Assembly: GCA_049670545.1 (NCBI GenBank)
Contig: JBATTM010000090.1
Location: 1-41,483, forward strand
DNA from: Polyangiales bacterium
Lineage (GTDB): Bacteria > Myxococcota_A > Polyangia > Polyangiales > Houyiibacteriaceae
Direction of reading: 5' to 3'
Length of the DNA: 41,483 bases
Positions 26,270 to 33,814 of this stretch are shown one piece after another; position 1 is the first letter of the stretch, and each line of letters begins with the position of its first letter. The notes under the pieces are model-generated. The model was not told the DNA's origin. It saw only the letters and a program-made list of their open reading frames with translations, and searched no databases. The translations under genes and the position numbers were made by a program.

Positions 26270-27046
26270 ATGAAATCCCTTCGCGCAGGCTTGCTCGGGT
26301 TTGCAATGATGCTCGCAGTGCAAGCCGTGGGGTTCGCGTCGACACCCACGTACAAAGAGATCGACTTTCCGACGGAGGGCGGAATCCACGCCCGTGCCGA
26401 TCTGTATACGACAGACGACAAGTCGGCGACGCTGATCATCTTGTTCCATCAAGCGGGGTGGAGTCGCGGCGAGTACCGCGAAATCGCGCCAAAGCTTGTC
26501 GCCCGCGGATATCAGGTCATGGCGGTCGACCAACGGGCTGGACGGGGTGTGAACGGAGTTAGAAACGAGACCCATCGTCGCGCAGCCACCAAGGGCTTGG
26601 CCACCCAGTATCTCGACGGATTCGCTGATCTCGTGGCCGCCCTCTCCTACGCCAGGGATACGCTAAAGGCAGAGCGCGTCATCGTGTGGGGAAGCTCGTA
26701 CTCCGCATCGCTGGTGTTCCGCCTGGCCGCGGAGAAGCCCGACCACGTGAGCGCCGTGCTCGCATTCTCTCCGGGCGAGTACTTCCGCCACCAGGGAGCT
26801 GACTATGTACGAACGCACGCTAAGAAGGTGAGCATCCCGGTCTTCGTCACGTCGTCCAAGTCCGAACGCGATCAGGTCAAACCGATCTTCGACGCCGTCC
26901 CCGCACAGAAGAAGATTCTCTTCACGCCCGCATCTCTTGGCCAGCACGGTTCGCGCGCTTTGTGGAGGAAGTGGGACGACAACGACGTGTACTGGGCTGC
27001 GCTTGCGGGCTTTCTCCAAGAATACGCGCCGCCAGTCGTGAAGTAA
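26270..27046 (+). CDS. secreted alpha/beta-hydrolase-fold protein (dienelactone-hydrolase-like)
   Basis: Trimmed to the ATG at 26270 with GAGGAG SD. Signal peptide MKSLRAGLLGFAMMLAVQAVGFA. The nucleophile-elbow-like block is VIVWGSSYSASL. It starts 10 nt after the MDR stop. Confidence 0.65.
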   Translation: MKSLRAGLLGFAMMLAVQAVGFASTPTYKEIDFPTEGGIHARADLYTTDDKSATLIILFHQAGWSRGEYREIAPKLVARGYQVMAVDQRAGRGVNGVRNETHRRAATKGLATQYLDGFADLVAALSYARDTLKAERVIVWGSSYSASLVFRLAAEKPDHVSAVLAFSPGEYFRHQGADYVRTHAKKVSIPVFVTSSKSERDQVKPIFDAVPAQKKILFTPASLGQHGSRALWRKWDDNDVYWAALAGFLQEYAPPVVK

Positions 27047-27050
27047 CCCC

Positions 27051-28484
27051 GTGAGCGAGTACGTCACGACCGCATCGATCGGCGCGGACATCGAGCGGGC
27101 GCGCTCCGCGGGTCGAGGGTTTGGACACGATCTCGGGATCGCCACCGAAGTCGCGTCGTTCGCTAGGCACCGATGGCACCAGGGCCACTCGAGTCGCCCA
27201 ACACTTCAACTCGACGATGTCTCGGGCATCCCCTTCCTCGTCGACGTCGCCGGTGTGGAAGAATACCAGCATCGTGGCCGGTTGCGCACGGGCGATGGGG
27301 ACGTGTACGTGACGGTAACACCGGCGGTCGAAGGATATGAGGCGTACTGCCGAGGCACACTCGCCATGGGCAACCCTGAGCATCTGATTGCAGAGCCCGT
27401 GGGGCCGCCAATCGCCGTGGCGCAGGCGTGCGCGGCCGGAAGAACGTATGCCCGACTCGTCGAGATCGCGAAGGCGTCGGGAGGCTTCTCGATTCACCCG
27501 TACATGGGGATCGAAGACGTGTGGGAGCTCGCCGCACGACTCGAAGTCGACTCGCGACACGACGTCCGCGTGCTTGCGCCTCCGCCACCCGTAACGTGGG
27601 TCGCGAACGACAAGGCTCTCTTTGACAAACTCGTCATGTGCGTCCTCGATCGAGACTCGTTGGTCGAAACACGCACGGCCCACACCCCTGAAGGTCTCGC
27701 CGAGAACCTGGTGAAGCTGGCGACCATGTATCGGAAGGTCGGCTTGAAACGTACCCGGTGTGCCTCTGCCATGGGAAACGCGGTGTACCTCGGGGCGGAA
27801 GTCCGTGATGCCGTGTCGGCCAAGGAGGCGGTCGACGCGTTTCTCGCGCGCACGGAGTGGCCGATCGGTGAAACGGTTCTCACTGTAGCCTGGCTCGACA
27901 CCGACCTGTCGCCCTCGACGCAACTTTGGATCCCCCCGCTCGGCGAGGGCGAGCCGCGCCTCGATGGCATCTACGAGCAAATCCTGGCGGGCGAAGAGAA
28001 GGTGTTCGTCGGGAGCCGGCCGTCCACGCTTCCCGATGCCGTGCATCGCGCGTTGACTCGGAGCGCACTGATGGTTGGAGCCGCCCTTCAAGAGCTGGGC
28101 TACGTCGGGCGGTGTTCGTTCGACCACTTGGTAGAAGGGGATCCCACGGGCGACTTTCGCGTCGTCTTCACCGAATGCAATGGTCGGTGGGGAGGCACGA
28201 GCATGCCGATGAGTCTGGTGGATCGACTGCTCGCGGGGCCGCGTCCCGCATATCGTGCACAAGACGTTGTCTATCCCGAATTGGTCGGTGGGAGCTTTCG
28301 AGACCTACAGGAACTGGTGGCTGACGCGCTCTTCAACACCGAGACTGCGCACGGCCGCTTCATTTTCTACAACCTCGGCCCCCTGCACACCCACGGAAAA
28401 TTCGACGTGATCTCCATCGGGAGCGACCCGGTCGATGCGGAGCGGGGCGTGCTCGACATACTGCCAACCCTGGTTCGGAAATAG
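27051..28484 (+). CDS. ATP-grasp-type ligase (pre-ATP-grasp / PGM1-like peptide-ligase family candidate)
   Basis: 477 aa, GTG start 4 nt after the hydrolase stop. The C-terminal block GYVGRCSFDHLV…FRVVFTECNGRWGGTS resembles the Mg-ATP-binding E-x-N motif of ATP-grasp enzymes. The assignment to the PGM1-like subgroup is from memory of similar roughly 480-aa proteins. Confidence 0.55.
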   Translation: MSEYVTTASIGADIERARSAGRGFGHDLGIATEVASFARHRWHQGHSSRPTLQLDDVSGIPFLVDVAGVEEYQHRGRLRTGDGDVYVTVTPAVEGYEAYCRGTLAMGNPEHLIAEPVGPPIAVAQACAAGRTYARLVEIAKASGGFSIHPYMGIEDVWELAARLEVDSRHDVRVLAPPPPVTWVANDKALFDKLVMCVLDRDSLVETRTAHTPEGLAENLVKLATMYRKVGLKRTRCASAMGNAVYLGAEVRDAVSAKEAVDAFLARTEWPIGETVLTVAWLDTDLSPSTQLWIPPLGEGEPRLDGIYEQILAGEEKVFVGSRPSTLPDAVHRALTRSALMVGAALQELGYVGRCSFDHLVEGDPTGDFRVVFTECNGRWGGTSMPMSLVDRLLAGPRPAYRAQDVVYPELVGGSFRDLQELVADALFNTETAHGRFIFYNLGPLHTHGKFDVISIGSDPVDAERGVLDILPTLVRK

Positions 28485-28527
28485 CCGCCACTTGCGACGG
28501 CCGCGGGGGTACCCGTATGGTCTCTTC

Positions 28528-28995
28528 ATGCATGCAACCGGCCTCTCCGCGACTCGAATCCTCGTGATTCGCATGACCTGCGCATCGTTCGCACTCAGCT
28601 CGTTCGCGCTCGGCGCGTGGATGATGTTCGCTCCCACTTCCTTCTGGGGGCTCGTGGGCGTGGGGGGCGACCCGTTCGTCGAAGCGATCTATGGAGGCGC
28701 CATCATGGGCGAAGGCGCGATGTTTGCCCTCGGCGCGATCTGGCCGATTCGCTACGTCGTCTTCCTGCAATACCTGGTCTTCTACAAATCCATGGCGTGC
28801 CTCGCTGGCCTACTCGTGCTCCTGCGAATGGACGACCCACCCCTTGGCGCCTGGCTCGTCCTCGGCGCCTGGGCCTTCGCCGGCCTCACCTCCGCCGCCG
28901 TCTTCCCCTGGCCCCAATGGCCCACCCTCTCCAACCCCCCCCACACAGAAAAGGGGACAGTCCCCTTGAACGAGGGGTTAATGAAGAAGAGTTAA
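28528..28995 (+). CDS. small integral membrane protein, unknown function
   Basis: Trimmed to the ATG at 28528 (MHATGLSATRILVIRMTCASFALSSFALGAWMMFAP…). It has about four hydrophobic spans. The last ~18 codons and the stop lie inside the palindromic repeat element. Confidence 0.55.
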   Translation: MHATGLSATRILVIRMTCASFALSSFALGAWMMFAPTSFWGLVGVGGDPFVEAIYGGAIMGEGAMFALGAIWPIRYVVFLQYLVFYKSMACLAGLLVLLRMDDPPLGAWLVLGAWAFAGLTSAAVFPWPQWPTLSNPPHTEKGTVPLNEGLMKKS

Positions 28996-29031
28996 CCCTT
29001 GGTAAAAGGGGACTGTCCCCTTTTTTGTGTG
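28942..29031. repeat. 90-nt composite palindrome made of two inverted copies of a ~34-nt GGGGACAGTCCCC element; bidirectional terminator-like
   Basis: Left arm 28942-28981 and the reverse complement of right arm 28992-29031 match at 35 of 40 positions (hand count) around a 10-nt centre. Each arm contains its own hairpin AAAGGGGAC-A/T-GTCCCCTTT flanked by a T-run in the direction of the converging gene. Confidence 0.75.
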
Positions 29032-29037
29032 CCATTT

Positions 29038-30417
29038 TTATGTGGGGGGGATTTCTGGGGTGTCGATTTGGGCGATGGCGGCGTCGACGTCTTGCTGGCT
29101 GAGCTCGTGGCGTTCGAGTTGGCCGGAGAAGTAGGCCTCGTAGGCGGACATGTCGAAGTGGCCGTGGCCGCATAGGTTGAAAAGAATGACGCGTTTCGTG
29201 CCCTCTTCTTTGGCTTGATTGGCTTCGCGAATTGCGGACGCGACCGCATGGTTGGCTTCGGGGGCAGGGATGATGCCTTCTGCGCGGGCGAAGGTGACTC
29301 CGGCTTCGAAACTCTCGATCTGATCGATCGCCTCGGCGGAGATCAGTCCATCATGAAGAAGCTGACTCACCACCGCGCCGGCCCCGTGATATCGAAGACC
29401 CCCCGCATGAATCCTCGCAGGCACGAAGTTGTGCCCGAGCGTGTACATCGGGAGTAGCGGCGTCATGCCAATCGTGTCGCCGAAGTCATAGCGAAACACG
29501 CCACGGGTGAGCTTCGGGCACGAGGTCGGCTCGCTCGCGACACATCGAATCCGCTGCCCTTCCGTGAAGTTCAGCCGCAGGAACGGGAAGCTCAGCCCTG
29601 CAAAGTTCGACCCTCCACCGAACGGCGCGATCACCACGTCCGGTAGCTCCCCTGCCTTCTCCATCTGCGTCAATGCTTCTTGCCCCACGACCGTTTGATG
29701 CATGAGCACGTGGTTGAGAACACTTCCGAGCGAGTACTTCGTATCCGGGTCCGTCGCCGCACGCTCGACCGCCTCTGAAATCGCAATGCCAAGACTTCCG
29801 GGCGAATCCGGATCATCCGCCAAAATCTTTCTTCCGGCTTCGGTCCGATTGCTCGGCGAGGGGATCACTTCAGCTCCCCACGTGTTCATCATCAGCTTCC
29901 GGTAGGGCTTCTGATCGTAGCTGATGCGAACCATGTACACTTCGCACCCAATCCCGAAGAGCTGACACGCGAAGCTGAGCGCACTCCCCCACTGCCCCGC
30001 ACCTGTCTCCGTCGCGATGCGCTTGACCCCTTCTTGTTGATTGTAGAACGCTTGCGCCACGGCAGTGTTCGGCTTGTGAGATCCGGCTGGACTGACGCCC
30101 TCGTACTTGTAGTAAATGTGCGCAGGGGTATCGAGCGCGCGCTCGAGACGATGCGCCCTGTAGAGCGGCGTCGGCCTCCACTGCATGTAGATGTCACGTA
30201 CGGGTTCTGGAATGGAGACCCAGCGCTCCTCGCTAACCTCTTGTTCGATCAACCCCATCGGAAAGAGCGGCGCCAACGCTTCAGGCCCGATTGGCTCCCG
30301 CGTGGCCGGGTTGAGCGGAGGCAACGGGCGGTTCGGCATGTCCGCGACGATGTTGTACCAGCGTTCCGGGACCTCTCGTTCTTCGAGCGTGTACTTGGTG
30401 TGCTTCATCTCGGCCAC
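29038..30417 (-). CDS. trpB2: TrpB2-type tryptophan synthase beta-like PLP enzyme
   Basis: 459 aa. …[29 protein letters not shown]…[25 protein letters not shown]…[16 protein letters not shown]… are hallmarks of the long TrpB2 subgroup (PLP Lys in SHKPN). The start is GTG at 30417, or the ATG at 30408. Confidence 0.9.
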   Translation of the reverse strand: MAEMKHTKYTLEEREVPERWYNIVADMPNRPLPPLNPATREPIGPEALAPLFPMGLIEQEVSEERWVSIPEPVRDIYMQWRPTPLYRAHRLERALDTPAHIYYKYEGVSPAGSHKPNTAVAQAFYNQQEGVKRIATETGAGQWGSALSFACQLFGIGCEVYMVRISYDQKPYRKLMMNTWGAEVIPSPSNRTEAGRKILADDPDSPGSLGIAISEAVERAATDPDTKYSLGSVLNHVLMHQTVVGQEALTQMEKAGELPDVVIAPFGGGSNFAGLSFPFLRLNFTEGQRIRCVASEPTSCPKLTRGVFRYDFGDTIGMTPLLPMYTLGHNFVPARIHAGGLRYHGAGAVVSQLLHDGLISAEAIDQIESFEAGVTFARAEGIIPAPEANHAVASAIREANQAKEEGTKRVILFNLCGHGHFDMSAYEAYFSGQLERHELSQQDVDAAIAQIDTPEIPPT

Positions 30418-30424
30418 GAGAGTA

Positions 30425-30937
30425 TCAGCGGTCGTCGCCGCCGACGACCCCTACCGCCGACTCGGTCGCGCGATCGACCAGACTGCGCATCACGTACATC
30501 TCTTCGGCGCTGAGCCCCTGTCCAATCAGGGTCGCCCCGTACACGAACCCGAGAAGCGCCGCTGCCGCCGGCGGTATGAACCACCCCCATGGGGAGTCGC
30601 CCAGCGTGTACTGCACGATCCCGAGCACGAGCCCAGCGAGGCCCGCGATCGTCAGCAGCAGGTAGATCGCCATGAACAGGGTCCAGACGTGCGGATGCGG
30701 CGAGAATCGGCCGCGCACAGCAGAACCGTCGGGCTCGTCTTCGACTTCGATGTTGAGATACGGAGACCAGAAGCTTCGTTCATCCTCTCGGACTTCGACC
30801 ACCGCGTGTTTCCGAAAGATCTGCCCCCGGCATGCGCCCGCCTCGTCCGCCAGCATGCGACCCAACGCGCCGAGCCACGTGGTTCGACCCACGGGCACCT
30901 GAAACGCGAAGCGCGGACGCATCCGAGGTGGCGCCAT
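30425..30937 (-). CDS. membrane protein, unknown function
   Basis: 170 aa. A soluble N-terminal half is followed by two hydrophobic spans ([24 protein letters not shown]; [21 protein letters not shown]). Its stop is 7 nt upstream of the trpB2 start. Confidence 0.55.
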   Translation of the reverse strand: MAPPRMRPRFAFQVPVGRTTWLGALGRMLADEAGACRGQIFRKHAVVEVREDERSFWSPYLNIEVEDEPDGSAVRGRFSPHPHVWTLFMAIYLLLTIAGLAGLVLGIVQYTLGDSPWGWFIPPAAAALLGFVYGATLIGQGLSAEEMYVMRSLVDRATESAVGVVGGDDR

Positions 30938-30993
30938 GAATCGAGACTACCGGAAAGCGGCACGCGCACGAACGCGAAAACGTTGCGCGAACC

Positions 30994-31326
30994 TTACCCC
31001 TTGGGCGGCAGCGATCGGGCGTGCGCCAGGCCCTGCTCGATCCACGACTTCAGGGTTGCCGCCCGCTTGGTTCCGCTCGGGTCGACGAACACCATCCCCT
31101 TCATCGGGCGCCCCGTGAAATCCATGGCCCTGGAGCCCTTCTTCTCGAGCGCAGCGTCATACGCATCAGGCCCCACCCGAACCATCAGATCGTCCTTCAC
31201 GACGCCGCAAGCCATGTGGCCGTTGACCAGGAACGAAAGCCCTCCGAACATCTTCTTTTCGGAGACCCCCCGACGGCGTGCGAGGACGCCGCGCACACGA
31301 TCCGCAAGCGCCTCGTCGTACGCCAT
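30994..31326 (-). CDS. TfoX/Sxy N-terminal-domain family protein
   Basis: 110 aa. MAYDEALADRVRGVL…EKKMFGGLSFLVNGHMACGV…MVRVGPD matches the stand-alone TfoX_N family pattern. Confidence 0.75.
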   Translation of the reverse strand: MAYDEALADRVRGVLARRRGVSEKKMFGGLSFLVNGHMACGVVKDDLMVRVGPDAYDAALEKKGSRAMDFTGRPMKGMVFVDPSGTKRAATLKSWIEQGLAHARSLPPKG

Positions 31327-31330
31327 TGCG

Positions 31331-32815
31331 TCAGAAGTACTTGATGCTGAGATCGATCAACGTCTGCTTGAACTTGGTGAACGGCGCAGTCATCAAGCGG
31401 AGCGCCAAGAACGGGGACGCCATCTTGAGAACGCCTCGCGGGTTCGAGAAAGACTCGAAACCAAAGAATCCGTGCCCCTTGCCGATGCCACTGTTGTTCG
31501 ACCCACCGAACGGCAGATTGCTGTTGAAAAAGTGGATCGCGTTGTGGTTGATCACCGTGCCACCCGCGCGGGTATTCATCATGATGCGATCGATATTCTT
31601 CTGATTCTTGCTGAAAATGTAGAGCGCGAGCGGCTTCTCCTTCGAGTTGATGACGGCGATCGGCTCGTCGAGCGACTTGAACGTGAGCACCGGCAGCACA
31701 GGGCCAAAGATCTCGTGGGTCATCAGTGAGGAATCGAGCGCGATGTCGGTGACGACGGTAGGCTCAATGTAGTCCTCGGAGCCGTCCGTCTTTCCGCCGT
31801 AGGAGAAGGTTGCGCCACTCTTCTTGGCTTCCTCGAGGTATCCGTTGATGCGCTGAAAGTGTCGGTTGTTCACGATGCGCGCGTATGAAGTGGACTTCTG
31901 CGCGTCGTCTCCGTAGTACGCGCGAATGTGCTCGCTGAACTTCGCGAGGAACTCATCCTTCTTGCTCTCGTGCACATAGAGATAGTCGGGCGCGATGCAC
32001 GTCTGCCCGTTGTTGGTGAACTTGCCCCACGCGATTCGACGTGCTGCGGCGTCGATGTTGGCGGTCTCATCGACGATGGTCGGTGACTTGCCTCCCAGCT
32101 CGAGCGTGACCGAGGCCAAGTGCTTCGACGCAGCTTCCATCACGACTTTGCCAATCGACGGCGCCCCTGTGAAGAAGATGTGGTTGAACGGCAGCTTGAG
32201 CAGCGCCGTGGACGTCGCGATCGCACCCTCGACCAGCGCGACCTCGTTCTCGTCGAAGACGTCATCGACGATGCTCTTCATCACGGAGGAGGTATGCGGC
32301 GTGTTCTCCGACGGCTTGATCATGACGCAGTTGCCCGCGGCGATCGCAGCGATCAACGGCCCTAAGGTCAGATTCACCGGGTAGTTCCACGGTGAGATCA
32401 GAAGACAGACCCCCTTGGGCTCGTAGTGAATGTGTGACTTGGTCCCAAGCAGCGCGAACGGTGTCTTGACCCGTCGAGGCTTCATCCAACCCGAGAGATG
32501 ACCGATCGCGTGCTTGATCTCCGTCGTGACGACGTAAATCTCGGTGAGGTCCACCTCCGCCGGATGCTTCTGAAAATCTGCGTGCAGCGCTTGATGGATC
32601 TCCTGCCTTCTCGCCATCACAGCCGCTTGCAAACGCTTCAGTTTTTCTTTTCGCTCCCGGGCGCTCGACTTTGCGACGGTGAACTGATGCGCCTGTTGGA
32701 GCTTGAAGATCCGCTCGATCTCGGCTTCGCTGGTCTCGAACTGAGCCGCGGGGGCCGATGACTTGTTCGCAGACCCGTTCGGTTGGGGGGCGATCTGTGC
32801 GGTGGACTGGGACAT
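31331..32815 (-). CDS. aldehyde dehydrogenase (class-3/fatty-aldehyde-type ALDH)
   Basis: The ORF-track start is TTG at 32821; the ATG at 32815 is preferred (GGAAGG SD). It has the ELGGKSP block and the catalytic Cys in FTNNGQTCIAPDYLYV. Confidence 0.9.
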   Translation of the reverse strand: MSQSTAQIAPQPNGSANKSSAPAAQFETSEAEIERIFKLQQAHQFTVAKSSARERKEKLKRLQAAVMARRQEIHQALHADFQKHPAEVDLTEIYVVTTEIKHAIGHLSGWMKPRRVKTPFALLGTKSHIHYEPKGVCLLISPWNYPVNLTLGPLIAAIAAGNCVMIKPSENTPHTSSVMKSIVDDVFDENEVALVEGAIATSTALLKLPFNHIFFTGAPSIGKVVMEAASKHLASVTLELGGKSPTIVDETANIDAAARRIAWGKFTNNGQTCIAPDYLYVHESKKDEFLAKFSEHIRAYYGDDAQKSTSYARIVNNRHFQRINGYLEEAKKSGATFSYGGKTDGSEDYIEPTVVTDIALDSSLMTHEIFGPVLPVLTFKSLDEPIAVINSKEKPLALYIFSKNQKNIDRIMMNTRAGGTVINHNAIHFFNSNLPFGGSNNSGIGKGHGFFGFESFSNPRGVLKMASPFLALRLMTAPFTKFKQTLIDLSIKYF

Positions 32816-32886
32816 GATCAACTACCTTCCACAGGCCGTCTCCAGCCTATTGTGCACAAGAGAATGGGTGGCCCCGCTTCGTGTTG

Positions 32887-33810
32887 TCAAGGAGTCACTT
32901 CGGCCACGATTTGCTCAGAGACTTCCCAGAGCTTTTTGGCCATCGCCGGGTCTCGCCCGTATCGGCCTGGGCGCGATTCGTTGCAATCGGACAGGTATTT
33001 ACCGGAGATTCCTGCCATGAGCGGATGCACCGCGGCGTAGCACTGAGTCGCGGCGCCCTCGGCAATACTCTTGAGAACCAGTGGCGAGGCGATCGACATC
33101 GCGATGCCCGCGACGGGGTTCATGCTTCGCGTCAGCGAGGTTTTGATGACACCCGGATGGAGGCTGTTCGCCGTCTTGCCGGTCCCCTCGAGCCGTGTGG
33201 CCAACTGGTTGGCGAAGAGCAGGTTGGCAAGCTTGGCTTGGCCGTAGTTCCCGAACGGCGTGTACTCACGGTCGCCCGACAGGTTGTCGAACTGAATGCC
33301 CTCCGAGGGCGCGCGATGATGAGCGTTGCTGCTCACGACGACGACGCGACCCGTATTGGTCAGCGTGTCCAACAGCGACGTCACCAACAAGAAGTGACCG
33401 ATGTGATTGGTGAAAAACTGAAGCTCGTACCCGTGCTTCTGGTGAAGCTTTGGAAGCGCCATGATCCCTGCGTTGCAGATGATCGAGTCGAGAGGTCGCC
33501 CGAGCGCCCGAACCGCATCCACGCACGCGAGAACCGAGGCCGGCTCGGACAACTCACAGGCGACGGGTGTGAACTGGCCACCCGCCCGCGACCCGGCGAG
33601 CTGCGCCTTGTCGACCGTCCGCGCAGCAGCAATCACGTGCGCGCCACGCTGGGTGAGCACCGTCAGGGTTTCGAAACCGATCCCCGAGTTGCATCCCGTG
33701 AGGAGAATCGTCTGGCCAGTCAGGTCGAGCCCACTGGTGACCTGCGCCGCGGTTGTGCCGTACCCGAATCCACTCGGGCCTTGCGGCTTGAACATCGAGA
33801 GTAGCGACAT
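32887..33810 (-). CDS. short-chain dehydrogenase/reductase (retinol-dehydrogenase/WWOX-like SDR)
   Basis: 307 aa. It has the cofactor motif LLTGCNSGIGFET and catalytic YGQAKLAN (YxxxK). Confidence 0.88.
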   Translation of the reverse strand: MSLLSMFKPQGPSGFGYGTTAAQVTSGLDLTGQTILLTGCNSGIGFETLTVLTQRGAHVIAAARTVDKAQLAGSRAGGQFTPVACELSEPASVLACVDAVRALGRPLDSIICNAGIMALPKLHQKHGYELQFFTNHIGHFLLVTSLLDTLTNTGRVVVVSSNAHHRAPSEGIQFDNLSGDREYTPFGNYGQAKLANLLFANQLATRLEGTGKTANSLHPGVIKTSLTRSMNPVAGIAMSIASPLVLKSIAEGAATQCYAAVHPLMAGISGKYLSDCNESRPGRYGRDPAMAKKLWEVSEQIVAEVTP

Positions 33811-33814
33811 GTTT

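Noticed and set aside
26922-28262. 446-aa minus-strand ORF antisense to the ATP-grasp gene
   Set aside because: It has no recognisable domain and an Arg-rich composition. The sense strand encodes an ATP-grasp-like core and fits the tight operon spacing.
26270-28995. Graspetide/microviridin-type RiPP locus around the ATP-grasp gene
   Set aside because: There is no short precursor-like ORF with a Thr/Ser/Asp/Glu-rich core next to the ligase. No GNAT or ABC-transporter/protease genes are present either. The neighbouring genes are a hydrolase and a 155-aa membrane protein.
30191-31729. 512-aa plus-strand ORF spanning four minus-strand genes
   Set aside because: It crosses trpB2, the membrane protein, TfoX-N and ALDH, all of which have convincing family motifs on the other strand. 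Its translation is Arg/Ser/Pro-rich with no motif.
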